Source: Bacteroidales bacterium
GTDB taxonomy: Bacteria > Bacteroidota > Bacteroidia > Bacteroidales > JAADJA01
Direction of reading: 5' to 3'
DNA: 64,000 bases
NCBI GenBank assembly: GCA_020438105.1
Contig: JAGQVE010000011.1
Span: 8,451-72,450 of the forward strand
The notes below the pieces were generated by a model, which searched no databases, was not told where the DNA came from, and saw only the letters and a program-made list of their open reading frames with translations. Both the position numbers and the translations under genes were made by a program. Position 1 is the stretch's first letter; every line of letters begins with the position of its first letter. Positions 54,689 to 64,000 of the stretch are shown piece after piece.

Positions 54689-56437
54689 ATGTTAAAAAAC
54701 TACCCACCACTCGTATTGCTTCCCCTTATCCTACTCGGAGTAAATACAAATCTCCTCTTTTCACAATCCTTTGTTGATATCAATGCCGGTCTTACAGGAT
54801 TGAGCAATGGCTCGGCAATGTGGGGCGATTATGACAATGATAAGGACCCCGACATCCTGATTACCGGGATCACTTCAGGAAATGTAGCCATGACTAAAAT
54901 TTATAACAATGATGCTGGTATTTTTACAGATATAAATGCGGGCCTGCCCGGACTGAACAACGGGGATGCAACCTGGGGCGATTATGATAATGATGGCGAC
55001 CTTGATATTTTAATGACAGGCATCAACGCCGACCAAAAAACTTTTCTTTACAAAAACAATGAAGGTTCATTTGAAATGGTTTCTGTGAACCTGGGATACT
55101 TTGATGCATACAGCTTTTGTTGCTGGGGTGATTATGATAACGATGGGGATCTGGATGCATTTATTACCGGAAACTGGAACAGTTCCCTCTTCAGAAATGA
55201 CGGTGATGACAACTTCATAGCCACCGATGATACTTTCGTCATGATGAACAGCGGCAGAGCTGTATTTACGGATATGGACAAAGATGGCGACCTGGACTTA
55301 CTATTCACTGGCGATACAGGCGGAGGCATGAAAATTTACTATTATGGTAATGATCATGGTGTTTTTACAGAACAACAGATTATGATACAGGGTCTTAGCG
55401 CTGGCTCAATTGAAACAGGGGATTATGATAATGACGGCGATCCTGATATCCTGATGATGGGATATAATGATTATCTGGAGCCGCATGCCGATATTTTCAG
55501 AAATGATGGAGACCTGAATTTCACGCCTATCTATGCAGGTCTGGCTCCGGTTACCTTAGGTAAAGCCTCCTGGGGCGATGTTGACAATGACGGGGACCTC
55601 GATTGCGCAGTAACCGGTAAATTGTCGGGATGTGGTGTTTTTGTTTCGGAAGTGTATGAAAACATCGGCAACGATTACTTTAACGGAATAAATGCCGGGC
55701 TCGCTGATGCAGAGTATAGTTATCTTGCATGGGGCGATTATGATAACGATTCTGATCTTGACCTGGTTTTATCTGGGGCAAATTATAGCGGTACTCATTT
55801 TACAAAGATCTATCGAAATGATATGGGATTGCCTAATTTTCTGCCCGAAGCACCTCAAAATTTGACCGTGGATTTTACGGGTGATGAGGTGATCTTTTCA
55901 TGGGATCCGGCTTTCGACCAGCAAACACCGGCTGATGGTTTATCCTATAATTTACGCCTCGGGACTGAGCCCGAAGGTTGCAGTAACTTATCGCCTATGG
56001 CTCACCTCAGTGATGGTTACCGCTTACTTGCAACTCCTGGAAATACAACTCAAACCAACTGGTGGAGAATAAAGGGCCTGGAAGAAGGAATGACATATTT
56101 CTGGAGCGTTCAAGCCATCGATCCGGCCTTTGGAGCGTCTGCCTTCAGCGATGAAATGAGTTTTACGGTTGTTTATACCGGAATTGAACATAAAAACAAT
56201 CAAACAGGAATTATCCAAATTAGCCCGAATCCTGCGAAAGATTTTTTTCAAATTGACTTGTTTGATAATATTCCTGCCACAATAAACATCTGCAATTCAA
56301 GTGGTGAAAAAGTATCTGAGCAACTTTGCACATCCGCAAATAACAACATTGACATTCGTGGCTTTAAACCGGGTATTTACATTATAAATATTAATGGTTT
56401 GAACCACACTTTCTCCCAAAAACTACTTGTACGTTAA
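54689..56437 (+). CDS. FG-GAP/VCBS-repeat T9SS type-A cargo protein
   Basis: Signal peptide from the ATG at 54689. At least 7 repeats of WGDYDNDGDLD type. C-terminus ISPNPAKDFFQIDL...PGIYIININ. Confidence 0.75.
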   Translation: MLKNYPPLVLLPLILLGVNTNLLFSQSFVDINAGLTGLSNGSAMWGDYDNDKDPDILITGITSGNVAMTKIYNNDAGIFTDINAGLPGLNNGDATWGDYDNDGDLDILMTGINADQKTFLYKNNEGSFEMVSVNLGYFDAYSFCCWGDYDNDGDLDAFITGNWNSSLFRNDGDDNFIATDDTFVMMNSGRAVFTDMDKDGDLDLLFTGDTGGGMKIYYYGNDHGVFTEQQIMIQGLSAGSIETGDYDNDGDPDILMMGYNDYLEPHADIFRNDGDLNFTPIYAGLAPVTLGKASWGDVDNDGDLDCAVTGKLSGCGVFVSEVYENIGNDYFNGINAGLADAEYSYLAWGDYDNDSDLDLVLSGANYSGTHFTKIYRNDMGLPNFLPEAPQNLTVDFTGDEVIFSWDPAFDQQTPADGLSYNLRLGTEPEGCSNLSPMAHLSDGYRLLATPGNTTQTNWWRIKGLEEGMTYFWSVQAIDPAFGASAFSDEMSFTVVYTGIEHKNNQTGIIQISPNPAKDFFQIDLFDNIPATINICNSSGEKVSEQLCTSANNNIDIRGFKPGIYIININGLNHTFSQKLLVR

Positions 56438-56477
56438 ATATTTAACAATTCTTTAATTTTAGTATCTGGAACTAATT

Positions 56478-56516
56478 ATAATTTTATCGCTTGATAGAAT
56501 TACTGATAATTTTATC
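56478..56516 (+). repeat. Direct repeat ATAATTTTATC x2 (56478-56488 and 56506-56516) upstream of the GAPDH pair
   Basis: Two identical 11-mers spaced 28 nt apart. Each contains a near -7 box (TAATTTTA). Confidence 0.3.
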
Positions 56517-56580
56517 CGTTTAGCATATTAAAATTGCATTCCCGGAAATGGTCCGGGAAAAAATTATAAAAAGAAAAATT

Positions 56581-57597
56581 ATGGACAGAATTAGATTAGG
56601 ATTAAAAGGATTCGGTGAGATTCCGAGGCACCTTTACAGGTTATGCCTGGATGACGACCGGATTGAAGTGGTGGCCATCTCTGACCTGGGAAGCCCTGAG
56701 ATATTGAATTATCTTATTTCCGCCGAAACAAAAGGTAAATTCAAAGCGAAACTGGAAGGAAACCACCTGGTTTCAGAAAACGGGAAAGCCCGCTTTATTG
56801 CAGGTGGCGAACCCGGAAATATTCCCTGGGATACTTTTGACGTAGATGTTGTAGTAGAAGGTACGTGGCGTTTTAAAACCAAAAGCGAACTTGAGAAACA
56901 TGTTCATGCAGGGGCAAACAGGGTTATTTTAACCACGCTCCCAAATGACGACCTCGACAGGATCGTTATCCAGGGGATCAATGATCACACAATTTCGCAT
57001 GAAGACAAAGTGGTATCTGCAGGTTCTGCTACCACACATGCATCAGCGCTGATGCTGAAGATACTGGCTGATAAATTTGGAATTGATTACGGAATGCTTA
57101 CCAGTGTTCACTCATACACCTCTGATCAGCCCCTTCGCGACCGTGCCGGTTCCGATTATCGTCGTAGCCGCTCAGCTGCTGAAAACATAATACCTGTTGA
57201 CACTGTGGTTCCTAAATGGGTTGAAAAAGTGATGCCCGAGTTGGCTGGCCGTGTTGAAGGTACTTTACTCAATGTACCTGTTCCAAACGGTTCGGTGCTC
57301 GACCTCACCACTGTATTAAAGAATAGCGGAGTAACTAAAGAAGATGTTACAAAAGCCGTTAGGGAAAAATCGATGCAACTTCCACACCTTGTTCAGGTGA
57401 TGGACGATCCTATTGTATCATCAGATGTTATTGACAACAGCCATTCAATAGTTTATGACTCACAGGCAACAATGATGTCGCCGGGAAGAATGGTTAAAAC
57501 TTTATCGTGGTACCATAGTGCTTACGTAATGGCTCACAGAATTAAAGAACTTATTTTAGCATATCACGAAGTTGATAAGAAAGGAGGTGCACAATGA
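56581..57597 (+). CDS. GAPDH-fold paralogue lacking the catalytic cysteine (predicted pseudoenzyme)
   Basis: Collinear with the downstream GAPDH, but GFGRIGR becomes GFGEIPR, SNASCTTNC becomes SAGSATTHA (Ala codon at 57028-57030), TTTGAAKAVGKV becomes VDTVVPKWVEKV, and WYDNEWGYSNR becomes WYHSAYVMAHR. Confidence 0.75.
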   Translation: MDRIRLGLKGFGEIPRHLYRLCLDDDRIEVVAISDLGSPEILNYLISAETKGKFKAKLEGNHLVSENGKARFIAGGEPGNIPWDTFDVDVVVEGTWRFKTKSELEKHVHAGANRVILTTLPNDDLDRIVIQGINDHTISHEDKVVSAGSATTHASALMLKILADKFGIDYGMLTSVHSYTSDQPLRDRAGSDYRRSRSAAENIIPVDTVVPKWVEKVMPELAGRVEGTLLNVPVPNGSVLDLTTVLKNSGVTKEDVTKAVREKSMQLPHLVQVMDDPIVSSDVIDNSHSIVYDSQATMMSPGRMVKTLSWYHSAYVMAHRIKELILAYHEVDKKGGAQ

Positions 57598-58598
57598 GAG
57601 TAGCAATTAATGGATTCGGCAGGATCGGAAGATCTGTATTCAGAATTCTGAACCATCGAAAAGATATCGACGTTGTTGCAATCAACGACCTTTTTGACAA
57701 TGAAGTACTGGCATATTTGCTTAAGTACGATACTGTAATGAAAGGATTTGGACAGGATATTAAAATTGAAGGTGACCTGATGATCACCCCCAATGAAACG
57801 GTAAAGATGCTTGCCGTTAAAGATCCCAGCCAACTTCCCTGGAAAGAACTTGATATTGATGTTGTAATTGAAGCAACCGGTATTTTCAGATCACGTGAAT
57901 CACTGGAGCCGCATTTAAAAGCCGGAGCCAAAAGGGTAATCCTTACCGTTCCTTCAAAAGATGAAATTGATTATACGGTTGTAATAGGTGTAAATGATGA
58001 TGGTTTAAAACCCGAACACAGGATCATTTCTAACGCAAGTTGTACAACCAATTGTCTTGCTCCCATGGCAAAAGTATTAAATGATGCTTTCGGGATTAAA
58101 GAGGGATTGATGACCACAACTCATGCTTATACCAATGATCAGCGATTGGCCGATGTGCCTCATAAAGACTGGCGTCGGGGTAGAGCTGCTGCTGAAAATA
58201 TTATTCCAACCACTACCGGAGCTGCCAAAGCAGTTGGTAAAGTAATTCCTGCCCTTAAAGGTAAACTGGATGGAATGGCATCACGTGTGCCGGTTCCTGA
58301 CGGTTCAATTGTTGACCTGGTTGTAGAAGTTGAAAAAGATGTTACTGTTGAGGATATCCATGCTGCAGTAAGAAAAGCAAGTGAATCGGAAGCAATGAAA
58401 AGTGTGTTGCATTATTCTGATGAAAGGCTTGTTTCATCTGACATTGTTGGAAATTCATTTTCATCTATCTACGATCCTGAATTTACCAAGGTATTGGGCA
58501 AACGGATTGTAAAAACACTCAACTGGTACGATAACGAATGGGGTTATTCAAACCGTGTGGTCGACCTGGTGGAGATGATGATGAAATGGGAAAAGTAA
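57594..58598 (+). CDS. gap: Type I glyceraldehyde-3-phosphate dehydrogenase
   Basis: INGFGRIGR, SNASCTTNCLAP (Cys codon at 58041-58043), THAYTNDQ, AAENIIPTTTGAAKAV, WYDNEWGYSNR. Confidence 0.92.
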   Translation: MRVAINGFGRIGRSVFRILNHRKDIDVVAINDLFDNEVLAYLLKYDTVMKGFGQDIKIEGDLMITPNETVKMLAVKDPSQLPWKELDIDVVIEATGIFRSRESLEPHLKAGAKRVILTVPSKDEIDYTVVIGVNDDGLKPEHRIISNASCTTNCLAPMAKVLNDAFGIKEGLMTTTHAYTNDQRLADVPHKDWRRGRAAAENIIPTTTGAAKAVGKVIPALKGKLDGMASRVPVPDGSIVDLVVEVEKDVTVEDIHAAVRKASESEAMKSVLHYSDERLVSSDIVGNSFSSIYDPEFTKVLGKRIVKTLNWYDNEWGYSNRVVDLVEMMMKWEK

Positions 58599-58621
58599 AT
58601 CTTGGTTTTATATAACGAAAA

Positions 58622-58651
58622 AGAGAAATCTGCGGATTTCTCTTTTTTTTT
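58622..58651 (+). terminator. Rho-independent terminator after gap
   Basis: AGAGAAATC tgcg GATTTCTCT is a perfect 9-bp stem, followed by a T8 run. Confidence 0.6.
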
Positions 58652-61250
58652 AATCTCTTATTAAAGTAACCGACCCCTTAACCCTTCGTTCAACAGGCCC
58701 CCTGAGTGTATATTCCGACACGATTGCCTCGTAAAAATAAACACCCGGACTGCAATCCCCATTGTTCTTTTGATCGCGGCCATCCCACATGAATTTTGGG
58801 TCATCAGTTTCATAAACCACCAAACCCCAACGGTTGAAAATTGTGAGTTCAAGTTTATGAATAGAGTTTACCGAATCGGCCTGGAAATAATCATTAAAAT
58901 TATCCCCATTGGGAGTAAAAACCCAGGGAAACCAAATTCTTCCGCAAGCATTAATATCAACGCATTCAACATTACTATATTCACTTTGATTTCGGAGAGA
59001 ATCGAGAGCAGTTACCGCAAAACAACCTACAACGGAAGGTGGCTCGGTGGTAAAGGTATAACTATCCATGATGGTTGAATCATATAGGATGTAATCCGAT
59101 GATTCCTCGTAAGCGTAATAAATGTAATAAATCAATTCTTCATCGGCACAGCTATCGGGATAATTCCAGGTAAGTTCATTTTTTAGTTCAAGACAATTAA
59201 CATCCACACTCAAAACAGGTGTACAGGGTGGGACATTATCAATGGCCCTGGCACAGTTGATTTGCGAAAAATTGATAATGGGCTCAACAAAACCCGGTGC
59301 CGAATATTTACCTATTGTTTTAATTTTGTAACAATAATTTTGTCCGTTAATTAAGCCTGTATCCACAAACGAAGGAACACTACTCAAACCGATACTGTCG
59401 AACAATTGCGTTGCAGTATTTTGCCTGTAAATTACAAACTGCTCATTGGTCCATGGCACATCATTATTCCATGATAATATAACTGATTTATCTGATCCGG
59501 CCGGAATAATAAAAATGGAGGGTGCCAATTCCGTTGATCCGATAAATTCAAGATTTGAAGTCTCTCCATGATACAACTCCACCTCGTAGAAATATTTCAA
59601 ATCCTGGGTATTAAGTCCGGCCTCGTTAAATAAAGTATCATTTAAATTGTAATAAGTAGCCACCAATACTGCCTCGCTGCCCGGCGCACTGTCTTTTCGA
59701 AGTATCTTATAAACGTATGGAGGAGGCAATTGTGACGAATCAAGTTCAGTGGGCTTCGACCATGCAACTGAAACTTCTCCGTTTGTTGCACTTGTGGTTT
59801 CGATACTCACATTAGTAATTACAGGCAGATCTTTTCGCAGGGTAGCACACCATTCCGTTGAAGCATAACTTTCAGCCCCATCAGCAAAAAATGCCGTCAC
59901 CATATAACAATACTCAATTCCGTGGATCAATCCCTTTCCCTGATTATCATCCTTAAACTCCAGTGTATTTATATTATTTATTTCAGCTATTCGGGAATAA
60001 CCTGTATATGCGGGTACCCCAATTTCGCAATGGCCGGGATTGAATCCATAATAGGCATCCTTACGATAAATGTAGTATCCTTTTGCATTTTCGCAAACCG
60101 ATTGATCCCATTTCAATTCGATAGACCTGCCGATGGGTGTTATTTCAGTAATTTCAGGTGCCGGAGCAACAATGGTAATGTTTAGATTATGATAAGCAGT
60201 TAGTGGAATTTCGCCTGCAAGTGGAAATGTGTCCTGGGCTTTGAAGTAAACAATATGCGGATTTTTTTGAACATGTGTACAATTGGTATTCCATTTAAAA
60301 GTTGCAGTAACTGATCCATTTCCTGTAGCAGGGTTGGGATTAAGAATGGCTTTACTACTGTCTTGTAAAAAGGGACTACCAAGAGCTGTAAGTGTTACAG
60401 AATAACCATCCGGATCAGTAGCTTCTATTTCAAATTCAAGGTAAGAACCCGCTTCAACACAAGTGTCTGGTATAGTAGAAATTTCAGGCGGTATATTGCT
60501 ACATGCCCCAATTTGAATTTGCAAATCGCGCGTAACATAACCAATCCTGATCCCTGAACGCCATTCTTCAACAATGAATGCTACATTGTATTCACCCTGA
60601 ACAATAGGTTTATCCCAAATTAAATCACCGGTAGTGGAATTTATAGTAAATTCATTACTTGCGGATGGCAATGTATAACCCGGTATTGGTTGTCCGCCTG
60701 AACCACGACAAACAGTTAACTTATAGGAAATACTATCTCCATCCGGATCAAATGCACCCGGGTTATGAATGTATAATCTGTTTACACAACCCACATCCAA
60801 TGGAGGATTGAGCAATTGAACAGAGTTATTGCTTCCCAGAAAAGGATTAATCACAAGCTGAGTTTCAATATAAAAAGGAATATTTACCGAATTCGGAATG
60901 TTCACAATTCCATAATTGCGGTTGGGATCTTCCACCGACAGTGTAAAAGTACCACCTCCACTGCTCGGGAAAGTATGCTGGCCCGTGTATTCGTTACGAC
61001 GTATGGAAGGAGGATTATCCAGATCCTGCTTTAAAGTCCGGGGGAGAATGGATGTGGTTCCATCGCCCCATTTTATTTCGAGTTCAGGCCTGTCGGCCGG
61101 ACTGGGTGCATACGTGTAGGTAATGATTTTAACTTCGTACGTTAATCCTTCAATGTGTGTATATACTATTTCACCGGCCCGCTCATGTGTTGCAAACACC
61201 GAAAAACTTGCAAAAAAAACTAAAATAAATGTGTATAAAATCTGCTTCAT
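58650..61250 (-). CDS. T9SS type-B (gliding-motility-associated C-terminal domain) large surface protein
   Basis: Signal peptide from the ATG at 61250. THERAGEIVY N-terminal motif. Ig-like/PKD-like repeats. C-terminus FTPNGDNFNDYF...FNRWGLVVYE...WDGRD...PGVYFY. Confidence 0.75.
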   Translation of the reverse strand: MKQILYTFILVFFASFSVFATHERAGEIVYTHIEGLTYEVKIITYTYAPSPADRPELEIKWGDGTTSILPRTLKQDLDNPPSIRRNEYTGQHTFPSSGGGTFTLSVEDPNRNYGIVNIPNSVNIPFYIETQLVINPFLGSNNSVQLLNPPLDVGCVNRLYIHNPGAFDPDGDSISYKLTVCRGSGGQPIPGYTLPSASNEFTINSTTGDLIWDKPIVQGEYNVAFIVEEWRSGIRIGYVTRDLQIQIGACSNIPPEISTIPDTCVEAGSYLEFEIEATDPDGYSVTLTALGSPFLQDSSKAILNPNPATGNGSVTATFKWNTNCTHVQKNPHIVYFKAQDTFPLAGEIPLTAYHNLNITIVAPAPEITEITPIGRSIELKWDQSVCENAKGYYIYRKDAYYGFNPGHCEIGVPAYTGYSRIAEINNINTLEFKDDNQGKGLIHGIEYCYMVTAFFADGAESYASTEWCATLRKDLPVITNVSIETTSATNGEVSVAWSKPTELDSSQLPPPYVYKILRKDSAPGSEAVLVATYYNLNDTLFNEAGLNTQDLKYFYEVELYHGETSNLEFIGSTELAPSIFIIPAGSDKSVILSWNNDVPWTNEQFVIYRQNTATQLFDSIGLSSVPSFVDTGLINGQNYCYKIKTIGKYSAPGFVEPIINFSQINCARAIDNVPPCTPVLSVDVNCLELKNELTWNYPDSCADEELIYYIYYAYEESSDYILYDSTIMDSYTFTTEPPSVVGCFAVTALDSLRNQSEYSNVECVDINACGRIWFPWVFTPNGDNFNDYFQADSVNSIHKLELTIFNRWGLVVYETDDPKFMWDGRDQKNNGDCSPGVYFYEAIVSEYTLRGPVERRVKGSVTLIRD

Positions 61251-61395
61251 ATGCACCATTCCAATACGAGACGAGGAAAAGAGATCAAAAGTACGAATAT
61301 TTTTAGTTTACATATAACGACAAAGCAGCCTGAATATTTGTTTTATAAAAAATATGCGGTTAAATAACACCGATTGAATTTACACTTAAATCTTG

Positions 61396-61403
61396 TACAT
61401 TTG
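61396..61403 (+). promoter_or_regulatory. -7 promoter box (TACATTTG)
   Basis: Exact TAnnTTTG match 23 nt upstream of the ATG at 61427. Confidence 0.3.
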
Positions 61404-61426
61404 CAGTAGTAACAGGTAAAAAATTT

Positions 61427-63673
61427 ATGTTTATTCCCGATCCGGAACAGGAAAAGAAAGAGATACTTAAACGCTATCGAAGTTTGCTAAGCGCCTGGCG
61501 GTCTGATGACATTAAGGCAAAACAGGAAGTTCGGAAGGCATTTAATATAGCCCTGGAAGCCCACAAAGACATGCGTCGCCGGACAGGAGAACCCTATATT
61601 TACCATCCCATTGAAGTGGCCAGGATCGTAGCATCGGAAATCGGCCTTGGCAAAACCTCCATTATTTGCGCATTATTACACGACGTAGTGGAAGATACCG
61701 ACATCGGGCTTTCATTTATTGAAGCCAATTTTGGTAAAAAGGTAGCACGCATTATTGATGGCCTAACTAAAATCAAGGACATCATGGATAAAAGCACCGC
61801 CTCCATTCAGGCTGAGAACTTTAAAAAAATGCTTTTAACCCTGTCGGATGATGTTCGGGTAATCCTCATCAAACTTGCTGATCGCCTTCACAACATGCGT
61901 ACACTGCACGCCATGCCTCAGCATAAACAACTCAAAATAGCCAGTGAAACCTCATACCTGTACGCTCCACTTGCTCATCGTTTTGGCCTGTATGCAATTA
62001 AAACCGAACTTGAGGACCTGGCTTTAAAATACACCGAACCCGATGTTTATCAAAATATATCTACTCGCCTGGAACAATCAGAAAATGACAGAAAACGATT
62101 TGTTAACCGGTTCATTTACCCGATCAAAAAGGCTTTGAGCAAACAAAACTTCGACTACGAAATTTTCTATCGTAATAAGTCCATTCATTCTATCTGGACT
62201 AAGATGCAACAGAAAGGTGTTCCCATCGAAGAAATTTACGACCTGATGGCTGTTCGAATAGTCATTGACACGCCCCAGGAAAGTGAAAAAATGGAATGTT
62301 GGCGAGTATATTCCATCATCACTGACCATTACCGGCCTAAAATCGACCGCCTCCGCGATTGGATCAGCATTCCCAAGGCCAATGGTTATGAAGCACTGCA
62401 CACCACTGTAATGAGTGCCGACGGACATTGGGTTGAGGTACAAATCAGATCGCGCAGAATGAATGAAATTGCAGAAAAAGGGTATGCTGCACATTGGCGT
62501 TATAAATCCACCAGCCCCAGCTTATCCGAAACTAATCTTAACAATTGGCTTGAGCGAATTCGGGAAATTTTACAAAATACAGAAACCAATCCTCTCGATT
62601 TCCTCGATGACTTTCAGGGCTTCCTGTTTACGGATGAAATTTATGTTTTTACACCAAAAGGGGAATTGCGAAATTTGCCAGTTCATTCTTCCGTACTCGA
62701 TTTTGCATATGCCATCCACTCCGAAATAGGAAATTCCTGTATTGGCGCAAAAGTCAACCATAAGCTCGCACCACTTGATCAAAAGCTGAAAAGTGGTGAC
62801 CAGGTTGAAATTTTAACTTCTAAAAAGCAAGTGCCCAAGGAAGAGTGGTTTAATTACGTGGTTACGGCGCGTGCCCGGACCCAGATTAAACAGGGAATCA
62901 AAGAAGAAAAAAGAAACTACACAGAACAAGGGAAGCTAAAACTCCAGGAATATTTCAAACAAATTGGTGTTGAGTTTACCAATAAAAACCAGCGGCAATT
63001 ACAGCAAAAATACAATTACGCAAGCCCTATTGACTTGTATTATGATATTGCGCAGGAATTAATCGGGATAAAAGAAATTAAAGAGTGCTGCGGTGAATTT
63101 CCGAGAGAAAGCTGGTTAAGCAAAATGATGCGAATACCATTTATTCGCTCTCGTAACCTGGATAAGAAAACACTCACGGAAACCGTAGTGGATGTAATTA
63201 ATCAGCGAAAAGATATCACCCTTAACAGCGAGGATATCCAAAAAATCAGTTATGATATTTCGCCATGTTGTATGCCGATTCCGGGTGATGATATTGTTGG
63301 CTTTATTGAACCGGATGAAACCATTCGAATCCATCGAACCACCTGTCCGGTGGCAGTTAACCAAATGTCGAAGTACGGAAACAAGATCATTAAAACCCAA
63401 TGGACGGATAAGGAGACCATAGGTTTTGTGGCCGGTATCGAAATTCATGGCATTGATGCACCGGGATTTATCAAGGATATTATTAAAGTAATTACCGAAG
63501 AACAGCATCTTAATATTAAGTCGTTTCACCTCGACACACAAGGTGGAATGACTACCGGTTTGGTGATGGTGTATGTTTATAGCGTAAAAAATTTAAATAA
63601 CCTCATTGCCGAATTGAAAAAAGTTTCCAATGTTAAAAAAGCCCATCGTTTGTCGTCGGCCATTTCAAAATAG
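61427..63673 (+). CDS. relA: Bifunctional (p)ppGpp synthetase/hydrolase, RelA/SpoT family
   Basis: HD hydrolase (HPIEVA, LLHDVVEDT), synthetase (RIVIDT...YEALHTTV...VEVQIRS), and TGS and ACT C-terminal domains. Confidence 0.92.
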   Translation: MFIPDPEQEKKEILKRYRSLLSAWRSDDIKAKQEVRKAFNIALEAHKDMRRRTGEPYIYHPIEVARIVASEIGLGKTSIICALLHDVVEDTDIGLSFIEANFGKKVARIIDGLTKIKDIMDKSTASIQAENFKKMLLTLSDDVRVILIKLADRLHNMRTLHAMPQHKQLKIASETSYLYAPLAHRFGLYAIKTELEDLALKYTEPDVYQNISTRLEQSENDRKRFVNRFIYPIKKALSKQNFDYEIFYRNKSIHSIWTKMQQKGVPIEEIYDLMAVRIVIDTPQESEKMECWRVYSIITDHYRPKIDRLRDWISIPKANGYEALHTTVMSADGHWVEVQIRSRRMNEIAEKGYAAHWRYKSTSPSLSETNLNNWLERIREILQNTETNPLDFLDDFQGFLFTDEIYVFTPKGELRNLPVHSSVLDFAYAIHSEIGNSCIGAKVNHKLAPLDQKLKSGDQVEILTSKKQVPKEEWFNYVVTARARTQIKQGIKEEKRNYTEQGKLKLQEYFKQIGVEFTNKNQRQLQQKYNYASPIDLYYDIAQELIGIKEIKECCGEFPRESWLSKMMRIPFIRSRNLDKKTLTETVVDVINQRKDITLNSEDIQKISYDISPCCMPIPGDDIVGFIEPDETIRIHRTTCPVAVNQMSKYGNKIIKTQWTDKETIGFVAGIEIHGIDAPGFIKDIIKVITEEQHLNIKSFHLDTQGGMTTGLVMVYVYSVKNLNNLIAELKKVSNVKKAHRLSSAISK

Positions 63674-63848
63674 CGGCAATTCCATTATCAATTTCCGGCA
63701 TAAATAACTCATTTTGTAATTGTTATCAGAATTCAAGCTGAGCTTTTCCGGCAGAAAATTATTTTTATTTATTCCAAATAGTAATAATATTTTTCCTATT
63801 TTAGCCACTGATTCAAGCAAATAGCTACTATTAACTTAAGGTATTTGA

Positions 63849-64000
63849 ATGATGTTTAAATACAACGGAACAGAGGAAAAAGGAAATTTCACATCCATGA
63901 AAAGTGCACATAAAGATACCCTGGAAACTGTAAAAAAAATTTTTACAGAATACCTCGAAGGCAAGGGTCATCGAAAAACTCCTGAACGTTTTACCATCTT
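63849..64000 (+). CDS. Probable Fur-family transcriptional repressor (3' end cut by window edge)
   Basis: Open frame from ATGATG at 63849 to the window end. ...TLETVKKIFTEYLEGKGHRKTPERFTI resembles the N-terminal winged-helix start of Bacteroidota Fur-like proteins. Only 50 codons are visible. Confidence 0.45.
   Translation, partial: MMFKYNGTEEKGNFTSMKSAHKDTLETVKKIFTEYLEGKGHRKTPERFTI

Noticed and set aside
63776-63790. AT-rich AAATAGTAATAATAT upstream of the putative Fur-family gene, considered as a Fur box.
   Set aside because: It is a poor palindrome and a poor match to the GATAATGATAATCATTATC-type consensus. It cannot be distinguished from background AT-rich sequence.
1-64000. Scan for CRISPR arrays, rRNA/tRNA genes, IS elements, integrases, prophage genes and long repeats.
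   Set aside because: No regularly spaced repeats were seen, and no transposase- or integrase-like ORFs. The intergenic gaps (all under ~310 nt) contain no sequence with tRNA-like features that I could recognise. This absence is based on visual inspection only and should be confirmed with tRNAscan-SE, Infernal and a CRISPR finder.

Overview
Dense chromosomal segment, AT-rich by eye, that I assign to a Bacteroidota genome. The grounds are four proteins with T9SS C-terminal sorting domains, many exact TAnnTTTG '-7' promoter boxes, and A-rich leaders with no Shine-Dalgarno sequence. About 52 protein-coding genes are supported. I recognised no rRNA, tRNA, CRISPR array, transposase or integrase. 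Housekeeping genes: mutS2, two thioredoxins, panC, panD, rfaE-II-like adenylyltransferase, radA, tilS, dsbD, gap, relA/spoT, mscL, an MscS-family channel, and an acyl-CoA carboxyltransferase with a biotin carrier. The remainder is mostly envelope and accessory content: tandem ClC channels, PAP2, OM barrels, GH2 beta-mannosidase, T9SS cargo, M48 and M90-like peptidases, and one ParE/antitoxin pair. Items most worth follow-up: (1) a GAPDH paralogue with the catalytic Cys and NAD/Pi motifs replaced, translationally coupled (ATGA overlap) to a canonical gap gene. (2) A co-directional trio of an exported YjiK-like propeller, a 1236-aa metallophosphoesterase fused to an OM barrel, and an HD phosphohydrolase fused to a membrane domain that looks like a Pycsar-effector domain. 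(3) A neighbourhood holding a domain-permuted PEP-utilising/ATP-grasp protein with an N-terminal hydrophobic segment, a TLC (ATP/ADP-translocase-like)-HEAT fusion, and two class-A-like SxxK hydrolases. (4) A two-cysteine DsrC-type protein coupled to a small 6-Cys protein. (5) A 75-aa protein that is little more than a signal peptide plus a CTERM-like sorting tail. (6) Paired palindromic operators around a MarR regulon. All functional calls rest on motif recognition by eye, and no searches were run.
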